DNA of 64,000 nucleotides, from positions 26,141-90,140 of the forward strand of contig DIWW01000002.1 of assembly GCA_002435905.1 (NCBI GenBank). Reading direction: 5' to 3'. This DNA is from Peptococcaceae bacterium UBA6096. Lineage in GTDB: Bacteria > Bacillota > Peptococcia > DRI-13 > UBA5745. A model generated the notes under the pieces. That model did no database searches and was not told the DNA's origin. It saw only the letters and a program-made list of their open reading frames with translations. Both the position numbers and the translations under genes were made by a program. Positions within the stretch are counted from its first letter, which is position 1. Each line of letters begins with the position of its first letter. Shown piece by piece: positions 21,374-30,672 of this stretch.

Positions 21374-21495
21374 AAAAAAAGAGACTTATCTGCCGATCGG
21401 CAGATAAGTCTCATCATTTCAAACAAAGCCAGGAAATATACATTTCCAGTATGTTGACTTCGTTACGCTGGAAGCGCTGATTACTCCCTTATGAA
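21374..21495 (-). promoter_or_regulatory. yybP-ykoY (Mn2+) riboswitch with terminator expression platform
   Basis: The minus-strand RNA reads ..AAGGGAGUAAUCAGCG..GUCAACAUAC..CUGGCUUUGUUUGAAAUGAUGAGAC.., then the hairpin GAGACUUAUCUGCCGAUCGGCAGAUAAGUCUC plus U7, directly upstream of mntP. GGGAGUA and CAACAUA are conserved yybP-ykoY elements. Confidence 0.7.
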
Positions 21496-21659
21496 TTGAA
21501 TATAGCATAGGTTATGTCAATAATCAAGGAAATCAATAATCAGTTCATCCGATCATCCTTATGTGATTTTGTCACGGAAAAATCCAAGCCTACAGGTTAT
21601 TCTATTATAGTCAAAAAAATAACAGGCATATAAAAATGATGCCGCTTCAGGAGGCAGCC

Positions 21660-21896
21660 ATGGAACACAAAAAAATCACCGGTATGGAAGGTATGAAATT
21701 TAAACCACGAAAAAAAGCCGTGGTGCATCGCGCACAATGCGTTGCATGCGGAAGCTGCACGAAAGTATGCCCCTTGAGAGCCATCAAAATCATACGCGGA
21801 GCCTATGCCGCCGTCTGCGAAAAAACCTGCGTCGGATGCGGCAAATGCAGAGTCGCTTGCTCTGCTTCCGTCATCAGAGTGGAGGCGAGGGCATAA
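21660..21896 (+). CDS. Small 2x[4Fe-4S] ferredoxin
   Basis: CVACGSCTKVCP and CVGCGKCRVAC. GGAGG lies 6 nt upstream of ATG 21660. Confidence 0.7.
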   Translation: MEHKKITGMEGMKFKPRKKAVVHRAQCVACGSCTKVCPLRAIKIIRGAYAAVCEKTCVGCGKCRVACSASVIRVEARA

Positions 21897-22480
21897 TGAA
21901 AAAAAAGGCCGATTGGTACGAGTATCTATGGATTTTCTCTGCGTTGTACATCGTCTTGGGTTTCGTGAATATCCTGTTTGCGTGGCTCGGGATGCTGTGT
22001 TTTGTTATCCCCTTGCTGATCGCTCTATTTAAAGGTGAAAAATCCTATTGCAATCAGTATTGCGGCCGCGGCCAGCTTTTTGAGCTATTGGGAAACCGTC
22101 TTGGCTTCTCGAGAAAGAAAGATATTCTTCCCTTCATCCGCAGTTCATGGTTTCGCTATGGATTTCTGATATTTTTCCTTGCGATGTTTGGCAATATGGT
22201 GTATTCGACTTATTTAGTTTTTACGGGAACCTCGGAATTAAAGCAGGTCGTCACCCTATTATGGACGTGGAAACTCCCCTGGCATTGGGCCCATACAGTG
22301 ACGGCTGTTAGTCCGGGCGTCGCCCAGTTTGCTTTCGGATTCTATAGCCTTATGCTGACCTCGACCTTGCTGGGCCTGATCACCATGGTTCTGTTCAAGC
22401 CCAGATCTTGGTGCGTTTATTGTCCCATGGGCACCATGACTCAAACGATCTGCAAGGCAAAAAGCTGCCGGATCCAGTAA
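21896..22480 (+). CDS. Integral membrane 4Fe-4S-binding protein
   Basis: 194 aa from an ATG overlapping the ferredoxin stop (TAATG). Four to five TM helices. Cys motifs CNQYCGRG and WCVYCPMGT. Confidence 0.65.
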   Translation: MKKKADWYEYLWIFSALYIVLGFVNILFAWLGMLCFVIPLLIALFKGEKSYCNQYCGRGQLFELLGNRLGFSRKKDILPFIRSSWFRYGFLIFFLAMFGNMVYSTYLVFTGTSELKQVVTLLWTWKLPWHWAHTVTAVSPGVAQFAFGFYSLMLTSTLLGLITMVLFKPRSWCVYCPMGTMTQTICKAKSCRIQ

Positions 22481-22727
22481 CAAAACGATCCAGCTTTACT
22501 CAAAGCAAAAAATGATATAGAATTATATTACTCGATAATAATATCCAAACCTAAAGTTCATGGCATACCCTGAGAATGTTTGACTGGGGGAACCATCATG
22601 ACGAGGAAATTGCACACGGTAAATTGGGATGATCGGACAAAAGGGCAGCTCTGAATAGAGCGCCCTTTTGCTTTTTAACGCCGTTATTTGGTTTCTATTG
22701 ATCCAAATCTCCGAAAAGAGGTCTATC

Positions 22728-24587
22728 ATGATGAGATACGACGCGATCGTCATTGGTGCAGGGATATCCGGTTTGACAGCCGCCGCCCTTCTGGCGAAAC
22801 GGGGGGTCAAGGTGGCGGTGATCGACAAAAACTATCAACCTGGCGGCTCCTGCGGAGCATTTAAAAGGGATGGGATCCTATTCGACCAAGGGGCTTCTAT
22901 GCTGTTCGGTTTCGGAACCAAGGGTTTCAATGCCCATCGGTTTGTGTTCAACTGTCTTGAAGAACCCATTGATATCATCAAACATGATTTTTTGTATTGC
23001 GTGAACTTCCAGGGGCAGCGCATCAAATTCTGGGCGGATATCGATCGTTTCATTGAAGAGCTTGGGGCGGTATTTCCTTCGGAGAAAGACCAAATCAAAC
23101 GTTTTTATAAAGATCTTGAAACCATGTACCGGCATGTGATGATGGAGCATCCAAACTACACGACGCCGGATGAAATGGATCCCAAGCGATCCTTGAAAAA
23201 CCTCGTAAGACATCCCGTCTCCTACGCCAAGTTTTTGAGTTATATGAATCGAAGCGCCCGAAGTTTGCTGGAAAAATATTTTTCCAATCCTGAAATATTT
23301 AAATTCTATAATAAGCTGACCTCGACATATTGCTACACGACCTTAGAAGAGTCTCCGGCCATCCTTGCGGCGGTGATGTTCGTGGACAATCATCTGGGCG
23401 GCAGCTATTATCCAGCCGGATCCACTTTGTTCCTACCGGGGAAACTGGAAAAAATTATTGAGGAAAACGGCGGCGCTATGTTCATGGAAGAGGAGGTTAT
23501 GAAAATCCTCTTCGAAAAGGAACTGCCCACTGGTGTTGAATTGCGCAGCGGGGAAAAAATCCTCGGTGAGAATCTGATCTACTCGGGAACGGTATGGGAT
23601 CTGTACGGAAAACTGATTGAATCCTCCCACACCACAGACCCGTGGATCCAATGGGCTGCCGACCAGATACCGACCTATCCCAGCGTCGTTTTGTATGCCT
23701 ATGTGGATGCGCAGGTTATTCCGGAGGACACGCTGCCGGTGGAAATGTTGGCTGAAAATCCTGATCAATTGGATGAAAGCGAGGTAACGGTCTATATTCC
23801 CAGCATCGATGACCATACCCTGTGCAAAAAAGACGGACATGTTATCGTTGCCATCGGGCCATCCTTTGAAAGTTGGGACAAGGATGATGCAGCGGCTTAT
23901 GGGGTGAAGAAGGAAAAAGAGAAAGACCGGCTGATCGAACTTTTGGAGCGAAGGTTTCCCGGCTTTGAAAACGGGCTCCAATACGCAGAGCTCGCGACGC
24001 CGCGGACCCTTCAGCGGTATTTAAATAAATCCAAAGGCGCCGTGGCAGGCCCCAAGCAAATGCTGAGTCAACATATGCTTCACAGACTGCATACCCGGAG
24101 CGAGTGGAGCACCTTGTTCTGCTGTGGGGAATCCACAGTGATGGGCACCGGAACGCCTGCCGTTACCGTCTCCGGTCTCAGTGCCGCCAATGCGGTGCTG
24201 AACAAGCTGGGGAAGGAACCTTTTGTATATAAAAAGGACATGAAAAACTACGTAAGGATCGTGAATAAACCCTTTACAGCCGAAGCGCAATACAGCGGAT
24301 TTCCGGATCCGGTGAGGGAAATCATTGACAAAGCCTCCGCCTGTCAGTTTTGTGAGGAACCAAGCTGTTCCAGGGATAAAACCTTGGATATCCGGGGGAT
24401 CATGCGCCGTATTACCGTCGAGAATTTTTCAGGGGCTCAACGAATCGCTGAGAAAATGGGAATCGCTGAGGTTGTAACTTCAGGGGTCTTGGCTGAATGT
24501 GAAAGGAACTGCATTCAGAATATTAGGCATGGCATGCCGGTGGAGATTCGGACGGTGATCCGCTATGTGATCGAAGGGCAGCAATAG
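22728..24587 (+). CDS. FAD/NAD(P)-dependent oxidoreductase of the phytoene-desaturase (CrtI-like) family with C-terminal Cys-rich helical domain
   Basis: Dinucleotide fold YDAIVIGAGISGLTAAALLAKRGVKVAVIDKNYQPGGSCG. The C-terminal CQFCEEPSC...CERNC resembles the GltD/DPD-type dicluster helical domain. RBS AAAGAGG. Confidence 0.8.
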   Translation: MMRYDAIVIGAGISGLTAAALLAKRGVKVAVIDKNYQPGGSCGAFKRDGILFDQGASMLFGFGTKGFNAHRFVFNCLEEPIDIIKHDFLYCVNFQGQRIKFWADIDRFIEELGAVFPSEKDQIKRFYKDLETMYRHVMMEHPNYTTPDEMDPKRSLKNLVRHPVSYAKFLSYMNRSARSLLEKYFSNPEIFKFYNKLTSTYCYTTLEESPAILAAVMFVDNHLGGSYYPAGSTLFLPGKLEKIIEENGGAMFMEEEVMKILFEKELPTGVELRSGEKILGENLIYSGTVWDLYGKLIESSHTTDPWIQWAADQIPTYPSVVLYAYVDAQVIPEDTLPVEMLAENPDQLDESEVTVYIPSIDDHTLCKKDGHVIVAIGPSFESWDKDDAAAYGVKKEKEKDRLIELLERRFPGFENGLQYAELATPRTLQRYLNKSKGAVAGPKQMLSQHMLHRLHTRSEWSTLFCCGESTVMGTGTPAVTVSGLSAANAVLNKLGKEPFVYKKDMKNYVRIVNKPFTAEAQYSGFPDPVREIIDKASACQFCEEPSCSRDKTLDIRGIMRRITVENFSGAQRIAEKMGIAEVVTSGVLAECERNCIQNIRHGMPVEIRTVIRYVIEGQQ

Positions 24588-24608
24588 GTTGAAAAGAGGG
24601 AATGGTTC

Positions 24609-25373
24609 ATGGGTAAAGTCGATGATTACAGAAAGATTTTAATTGCCTTGTGCGACTGGGATTCGTATTTGCTGGAAGAATCCTGTCTTCCGGGACCCCG
24701 GGCCAACCTTGAACTGGCGGAGGCTGTTGCCAGGGAAGGGGATTTGGAACGTTTCAAACGTTACCTTGACTACAGCGCGGATCAGGCGCCCTATGGTTCT
24801 GCCTTGGAGTTTTTGCCGGTTTGCGGAGTTCTGGGTTTGGGAAGGCTGCTGGCGGAGGGACGATGGGAACTCTTGGAGGTTCTGCGGTCCTGCGCCTCAG
24901 ATCCCCGATGGAGATTAAGGGAAGGCGTCGCCATCGCCCTGCAGAAGCTGGGTGACGTCGATATGGATAAGCTTTTAGAAGCCATGGCGGCATGGCAACG
25001 CGGAAATCTACTGGAAAAGAGAGCGTCGGCGGCAGCAGTATGCGAGCCTGGTCTGCTGAAAAAGAGCGCATATGTTCGGAAGGTTCTTGATTTGCTTGAT
25101 CAAATTATGGAAGATATTCTCCAAGAGAAGGACCGAAGGAAAGAAGATTTCAGGGTTCTTCGCAAGGCCATGGGATATTGCTGGAGTGTAGCCGTGGCGG
25201 CGGATCCCGAGACAGGAAAAGGGCGGATGGAAAAGTGGCTTTTATGGGATGATCCAGATATCCGTTGGATTATGAAGGAAAATCTGAAGAAAAACCGGCT
25301 CATTCGTCTTGATCCGTACTGGACAGAACAATGGAGCCAAAAATTAGGTCACAGAAAGGACGTGGTTTTATAA
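24609..25373 (+). CDS. Hypothetical helical-repeat (HEAT-like) protein
   Basis: 254 aa, Leu/Ala/Glu-rich with repeated helical segments. No catalytic motif seen. Confidence 0.5.
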   Translation: MGKVDDYRKILIALCDWDSYLLEESCLPGPRANLELAEAVAREGDLERFKRYLDYSADQAPYGSALEFLPVCGVLGLGRLLAEGRWELLEVLRSCASDPRWRLREGVAIALQKLGDVDMDKLLEAMAAWQRGNLLEKRASAAAVCEPGLLKKSAYVRKVLDLLDQIMEDILQEKDRRKEDFRVLRKAMGYCWSVAVAADPETGKGRMEKWLLWDDPDIRWIMKENLKKNRLIRLDPYWTEQWSQKLGHRKDVVL

Positions 25374-26104
25374 ATAAGTGCGCCGCCTTTTTTGATGTGG
25401 ATGGAACCATTTCCCGGGAAGGTCTTATTAGTGAGATGTTCAGAAAAATGATCAAGTATGAGCTGATCGATATCAGCAAATGGCATAAAGAGGTGGAACC
25501 GGCGTTTACCCGATGGAACCGGCGGGTTGGTGATTATGATTTGTATCTGCAGAAAATGGTCGATATCTACACGGATACCGTAAGAGATACGGAAGCCTTC
25601 CACATAAGGTATATTGCCCGGAAAGTGGTCGAACAGAGCGGAGAGCGGGTTTACACATACTCCCGGGACAAAATCAAATGGCATAAGGATCAAGGACACT
25701 TGGTGATCGCGATTTCCGGTTCTCCCATCGAATTGGTGCATGAGATGTCAAAGAAATATGAAATGGACGATTACAAAGGCACGATTTATGAGGTTGGAGA
25801 AGACGGCCTGTACAGTGGCGTGATCAAGCCTATGTGGGACTCCAACAGCAAGCGCCAAGCGGTGGTCGATATGGCAGAAAAGCATGGCATCGATCTTTCT
25901 GTAAGCTATGCTTATGGTGATACAGCCGGAGATTTCTCTATGCTGCAACTGGTCGGCCGGCCTTTCGCCATCAACCCGACCAAAGAATTGATTGCAAAGA
26001 TCCGGCAAGACCAGGATCTGAGAGATAAAATCACCGTCATCGTGGAGAGAAAAGATGTGACCTACCGATTAAACATTGAAAGCCTTGACTTGATTGACGC
26101 GTAG
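25331..26104 (+). CDS. HAD-IB family hydrolase (SerB-like phosphatase fold)
   Basis: Motif I FFDVDGTI, motif II AISGS, motif IV GDTAGD. It overlaps the upstream gene by 43 nt, and there is no alternative start before the DxD motif. Confidence 0.75.
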   Translation: MEPKIRSQKGRGFINKCAAFFDVDGTISREGLISEMFRKMIKYELIDISKWHKEVEPAFTRWNRRVGDYDLYLQKMVDIYTDTVRDTEAFHIRYIARKVVEQSGERVYTYSRDKIKWHKDQGHLVIAISGSPIELVHEMSKKYEMDDYKGTIYEVGEDGLYSGVIKPMWDSNSKRQAVVDMAEKHGIDLSVSYAYGDTAGDFSMLQLVGRPFAINPTKELIAKIRQDQDLRDKITVIVERKDVTYRLNIESLDLIDA

Positions 26105-26144
26105 GTATGATGTCTTGCTTCATGGCAGATAGGGGGGTGGACCT

Positions 26145-27299
26145 GTGAAACTGAAATTGTTTGGATTGATTGCAGCCGTTGTCGCAATTTTTGTGGTAAT
26201 AGGGACTTTCCCTGCGGCCTCATCGGCAGAAAAGGTCTATGCGTATGTCGTCGACCCCTATCATGCATACAGCTACGAAGATATGGTGGAGGATGCGAAT
26301 GCGCTCCAAAGCATGTATCCGGAACTTATCAGGCTGGGCAGCATCGGAAAATCCGTAGAGGGCCGGGATTTAATGCTAGTGGAATTTGGGCATGGAAACC
26401 GAAAAATCTTTCTCAATGGAGCGGTCCATGCCCGGGAATATATCAGTTCAACTTATCTGATGTACATGATCGACCGGTATGCTTACGCTCATGCCACCGG
26501 GAGTCTTTGGGAAGGCTACAACTTAAAGGATATTTTAAGCGCGGTGACCTTCTGTATCGTCCCGATGGTGAATCCTGACGGCGTCAATCTGGTGCAAAAC
26601 GGCATAGATTCGGTGAAGGATCAGGAAAAAGTCGCGAAAATACCCTTCTATCCTGCAGAAATAACGACGTATTCATTATGGAAAGCCAATATTAATGGCG
26701 TCGATCTTAATCGAAATTACCCTTTGAATTGGTTGGTCAGAACACCGGTCAAAGGGCCTGCCTCCAGTCAATTCAAAGGCTATATTCCTTTAAGCGAGCC
26801 GGAAAGCCAAGCCGTTGCCAATTATTTAAATTCGTCCATGTGCTGGGCATTTATTTCCTTCCATACCAGTGGAGAGGGCCTCTACGGATGGGACGACGGC
26901 AATGCCGGCTTCTATCCCCAGCTTCATTCCATGGTGACGCGAATTATTGCATCCAGCGGGTTTAAAAAGCTGGTGGATACCGCCGAAACAAGCTACGGCA
27001 CCTTTGCGGGCTATGTCCGAAAAACGTATCTGAAACCCACATTGACCGTCGAGCTATGCAAATACATCAAAGTCCATCCGTACCCGGATGAGGATTTTGA
27101 CAGCGTTTGGAAGCCGGCGAAAAACATCTGCCTCATTGTGGGTGAGGAAGTCATGAAGATGGAGGAACAAGCCTATCAGGTCTATCAGAATGATACCTTT
27201 CTCCATGCCTTTTACGATGAGCGATACGCATTGGCCTTCGCGAAAAAATGGGCGAATTCTAAAGTGATATACGTCGAAAGTACCGCAGATACGGATTGA
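26145..27299 (+). CDS. Secreted M14-family zinc carboxypeptidase (gamma-D-glutamyl-meso-diaminopimelate peptidase-like)
   Basis: GTG start after GGGGGGTGG. Signal anchor. GAVHAREYISS (HxxE zinc motif) and NPDG. Confidence 0.8.
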   Translation: MKLKLFGLIAAVVAIFVVIGTFPAASSAEKVYAYVVDPYHAYSYEDMVEDANALQSMYPELIRLGSIGKSVEGRDLMLVEFGHGNRKIFLNGAVHAREYISSTYLMYMIDRYAYAHATGSLWEGYNLKDILSAVTFCIVPMVNPDGVNLVQNGIDSVKDQEKVAKIPFYPAEITTYSLWKANINGVDLNRNYPLNWLVRTPVKGPASSQFKGYIPLSEPESQAVANYLNSSMCWAFISFHTSGEGLYGWDDGNAGFYPQLHSMVTRIIASSGFKKLVDTAETSYGTFAGYVRKTYLKPTLTVELCKYIKVHPYPDEDFDSVWKPAKNICLIVGEEVMKMEEQAYQVYQNDTFLHAFYDERYALAFAKKWANSKVIYVESTADTD

Positions 27300-27372
27300 C
27301 CGGCTGCTTGTTTGGGCAAGCGCAAGGGCGTGAAGCACAATGAAGAAACAGATGCTCGACTAAATCAACAAG

Positions 27373-28287
27373 GTGGATGAGCTCCTCGAACAAAGCAGTA
27401 TTTCGGAAAAAGGGATTAAAAAAAGAAGGAATCCGGCATTTGATCCGCCGGATGATAAAAAAATAGATTATAATAGAATCATCTCTAAATGGCATCGCCG
27501 TTTCATCATGTTTTGCTGGGGGGAAAATGATTTGGATTTCTTTCATGACATTCTGCACGACATCAAACACAGGGATTGGAAAAAGATTACAAAGCTTCTG
27601 CTTTTCATTTCGCTTGTCCTATCTATGATTTATGCGGTGGTTAGGCTGGTTCAGGCACCCTCCGGAGTTCCTGTTGAGATCGATGTCAAAGTCAAGAGCG
27701 ATTACGTGCTTATGCTATTGCAATGCCTCCTAGGCCTGGTGGTGATGGCCATTCCTTCTATCGTGGAACGCAGATTGTCAATCGACATACCGAACAACAT
27801 GGAAGTGGTTTATTTTATTTTTCTTTATTGCGCCATCTATCTTGGGGAGGTCCATAATTTTTATTACCTGATCCCCTATTGGGATATTGTTCTCCATGCT
27901 TTCAGCGGTGCGATGCTTGGGGCGGTAGGATTCTATCTGGTGTATTATTTCAATGAAGCAGAACAATTAAATGTTGAATTGAGTCCGTTTTTTATTTCGC
28001 TTTTTGCCTTCTGTTTCTCCCTTGCCTGCGGCGCAGTATGGGAGATCTATGAATTTATGACGGATGCGGTCTTGGGAACGAATATGCAAAAATTCATGCT
28101 GGTTGGCGGCACGGTTCTGTCTGGACATGCCGCTATCCGGGATACCATGACGGATTTGATGGTGGATGCCATCAGTTCACTGGTGGTGACGCTGTTTAGC
28201 TATTTCACGATCTTGAAAGACCGGGACGAAGCCAAACAGCATAAAAAAAGCCCGCCAGCGGATCTAAGGCCGGCGAACCAGGAATGA
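27373..28287 (+). CDS. Integral membrane protein of unknown function
   Basis: ~304 aa with several hydrophobic helices. The start is uncertain (GTG 27373, or the internal ATG at MFCWGE). Confidence 0.55.
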   Translation: MDELLEQSSISEKGIKKRRNPAFDPPDDKKIDYNRIISKWHRRFIMFCWGENDLDFFHDILHDIKHRDWKKITKLLLFISLVLSMIYAVVRLVQAPSGVPVEIDVKVKSDYVLMLLQCLLGLVVMAIPSIVERRLSIDIPNNMEVVYFIFLYCAIYLGEVHNFYYLIPYWDIVLHAFSGAMLGAVGFYLVYYFNEAEQLNVELSPFFISLFAFCFSLACGAVWEIYEFMTDAVLGTNMQKFMLVGGTVLSGHAAIRDTMTDLMVDAISSLVVTLFSYFTILKDRDEAKQHKKSPPADLRPANQE

Positions 28288-28317
28288 CGAAATCGATTGG
28301 ATACGGAGGGACATTGG

Positions 28318-29433
28318 ATGCGAAAACTACTACCGGCATTGATCTTGTGCGTTTTCTTCTTGGCAGCCTGCGGCAGCCTGCAGATGTCCGGGGAGATCAA
28401 AGCAGAACCCGTACAAGCACCGCAGCAATCGTCGAGTGTCTCTGTAAAACCCGAAGAAATCGTCGAACAAGATCCAGACGGGGCAGAACCGGCGCAAACC
28501 CCGGATCCGAAGGCGACCATTGATTTAAGCAAAATGCCGAATGAAGCCGGAAAAATCATGGTGTTGATGTACCATAACATTGGCAGCGTCGAAAAGGAAT
28601 GGGTCAGGACACCGGAAAACTTTATCAAAGATTTGACCACGCTTTATGAGAAGGGGTATCGACCGATCAGCCTGACAGATTATGTCACAGGGCATATTGC
28701 CGTCGAGCAGGGCTATTCGCCGGTTGTGATCACCTTTGATGATGGAAATATGAACAATTTTGAATACCTGGAGGATGGAACGATCCGCAAGGATTGTGCG
28801 GTTGGCTTGCTCATGGATTTCCATGGAAAGCATCCGGATTTTCCTCTGGAAGCCACTTTTTTTCTGGATGGGCGCATCCCGTTCAGACAAAAAGCCCTGA
28901 TAAGCCAAAAGCTGGATTTCCTGACCGAACAGGGCATGGACATCGGAAACCATACAAAAACACACGAAAACCTGAAGGATTTGACAGCAAACGGCATCCA
29001 GGAGCAAATTGGTGCCCAGGCGCAGTTTTTGTCCGAATCGATCCATCGGGAGGATTATGTGATCAACACCTTGGCCTTGCCGTTTGGAGGACGGCCTAAG
29101 GATGAATCGCTGAAAAAATACTTGGCAACAGGACTTTATGATGGTTTAGCGTATGAAAACATCGCGATTTTGAATGTGGGCTGGAAGCCTGGATACTCAC
29201 CCTATGACCTTCGTTTTGACCGTGAAAGCATACCGAGAGTGAGAGCCAGCGAAATGAAGGTTGATCAGGTGGGTCTCTACAATTACATTGCCTATTTCGA
29301 CAAAAATCCCCGGGAACGGTTTATCAGCGATGGCGTCGCGGAAATCATAACCATCCCTGAGGATCAAAAAGGGCAGATCAAGCCGTCAGCTGAAAAGGAG
29401 ATCTATACCTATTCACCGATCCAGAAGCCTTAG
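28318..29433 (+). CDS. Polysaccharide deacetylase family lipoprotein
   Basis: Lipobox FLAAC. NodB-type motif VVITFDDGNMNNF and a later GNHTKTH. RBS ACGGAGGGA. Confidence 0.8.
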   Translation: MRKLLPALILCVFFLAACGSLQMSGEIKAEPVQAPQQSSSVSVKPEEIVEQDPDGAEPAQTPDPKATIDLSKMPNEAGKIMVLMYHNIGSVEKEWVRTPENFIKDLTTLYEKGYRPISLTDYVTGHIAVEQGYSPVVITFDDGNMNNFEYLEDGTIRKDCAVGLLMDFHGKHPDFPLEATFFLDGRIPFRQKALISQKLDFLTEQGMDIGNHTKTHENLKDLTANGIQEQIGAQAQFLSESIHREDYVINTLALPFGGRPKDESLKKYLATGLYDGLAYENIAILNVGWKPGYSPYDLRFDRESIPRVRASEMKVDQVGLYNYIAYFDKNPRERFISDGVAEIITIPEDQKGQIKPSAEKEIYTYSPIQKP

Positions 29434-29437
29434 CCGA

Positions 29438-29809
29438 TCACCGTTGATGCCCGCAGTAAGGACAAAAGCGATAGCCCGGGCTGAGTTCCTTCCCGCATTG
29501 GCTGCATATTTCATTGGACACGCCGCCGCCCAGGGGCGACAGATGCGCGGGCGTGATTTCCGGACTGAAGCCTTTTTCAAATTGTTGGCCAAGGCTGGGA
29601 TCAAGCTCAAAAACATGGCCGCAGCAAGCCGATACCGCAAAATATCGAATATTCCACTTCCAGGTCGGTATAAAAAATAGATGGAAATAGGTGTATGCCC
29701 TGGATATTTCAAGGCGTGTCAGGGCATGACAGGCTGGGCAAACCATGTTGTGGAAGGTGCCGACCGGCTTTTGCGTTGAATGGATCCCAAAAACACCAAA
29801 GAAAAACAT
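29438..29809 (-). CDS. Zinc-ribbon domain membrane-associated protein
   Basis: CPAC..CCGH and the C-terminal CSQCG..CPYCG zinc-ribbon pair. Confidence 0.55.
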   Translation of the reverse strand: MFFFGVFGIHSTQKPVGTFHNMVCPACHALTRLEISRAYTYFHLFFIPTWKWNIRYFAVSACCGHVFELDPSLGQQFEKGFSPEITPAHLSPLGGGVSNEICSQCGKELSPGYRFCPYCGHQR

Positions 29810-29943
29810 GGTATAAAGACCTCCTTGAAAGCAGTTGTGCCCACAGAGGGCAGCCTGCGTATCATATTAACTTACAGTATACACCAGGGTGTCGAAAACA
29901 GCCAATGCGTGTATACAAAGCGTCAAGAATATACAGAATATTC

Positions 29944-29971
29944 TTGACAATGCCTCTGGATTTCCTATAAT
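29944..29971 (+). promoter_or_regulatory. SigA-type promoter of hsp20
   Basis: TTGACA (29944-29949), 16-nt spacer, TATAAT (29966-29971), ~80 nt upstream of the hsp20 ATG. Confidence 0.7.
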
Positions 29972-30049
29972 TAATAAAGGGAACGAGGAAAACTGTGCGG
30001 CGCGGCCGTACCATACAATGAACAGCTTGTATGAGAAGGAGTGATTTCT

Positions 30050-30496
30050 ATGACAGGCTTGGTACCGTTCAATAAAAAAGAATCAGGGCTGCTGGATCTC
30101 GATTTTGACCTTTTTGACTCTGAGTTGGACAAATTTTTTAAGGGAAGATGGCCCATGAGGCAACGTTTGATGAAAGATACCTTTAAGCTGGATGTTCAGG
30201 ATAAAGAAAAAGAGTATCTGATTCAGGCCGATCTTCCCGGAATCAAAAAAGAAGAGATGAAAGTCGAACTGGATGCCGGCAGACTTACCATCTCGGTTGA
30301 GCGTGAAGAAAAAATCGACGAAGAAAAGAAAAACTATGTCCATAAGGAGAGAAGGTACGCCTCCATGTCCCGCAGCATTTATCTGGCAGATGCAAAATCT
30401 GACGGCATAAAAGCCAAACTGGAGGATGGCGTCTTGAACATTTCGATCCCCAAGGAAGAAAAGCCGGAAACCGGGGTTAAAATCAACATCGAATAG
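30050..30496 (+). CDS. Hsp20/alpha-crystallin family small heat-shock protein
   Basis: The alpha-crystallin core ..DVQDKEKEYLIQADLPGIKKEEMKVEL..GRLTISVER.. and the C-terminal GVLNISIPK. RBS GAAGGAG. Confidence 0.9.
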   Translation: MTGLVPFNKKESGLLDLDFDLFDSELDKFFKGRWPMRQRLMKDTFKLDVQDKEKEYLIQADLPGIKKEEMKVELDAGRLTISVEREEKIDEEKKNYVHKERRYASMSRSIYLADAKSDGIKAKLEDGVLNISIPKEEKPETGVKINIE

Positions 30497-30571
30497 AGCG
30501 TATTGCCGGTTTATGATCTCCTAAATAGGGACGAGGAAGGACGTTGAATTAAAATTTTGATTTGTTTTTCG

Positions 30572-30608
30572 AAGGTACAGATGCTATGTAAACATCTGTA
30601 CCTTTTTT
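30572..30608 (+). terminator. Rho-independent terminator
   Basis: AAGGTACAGATG-loop-CATCTGTACCTT followed by TTTT. Confidence 0.8.
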
Positions 30609-30672
30609 CAAAGCCATAGGAAGGAAGAGGGCAAATCAATTATTTTTGTTAAAAATAAAGGAGGATGACCCC

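Noticed and set aside
22560-22640. ACCCUGAGA in the leader suggested a TPP riboswitch.
   Set aside because: The obligatory pyrimidine-sensor helix (..CUGGAUAAUGCCAGC-like) and the rest of the TPP consensus are absent.
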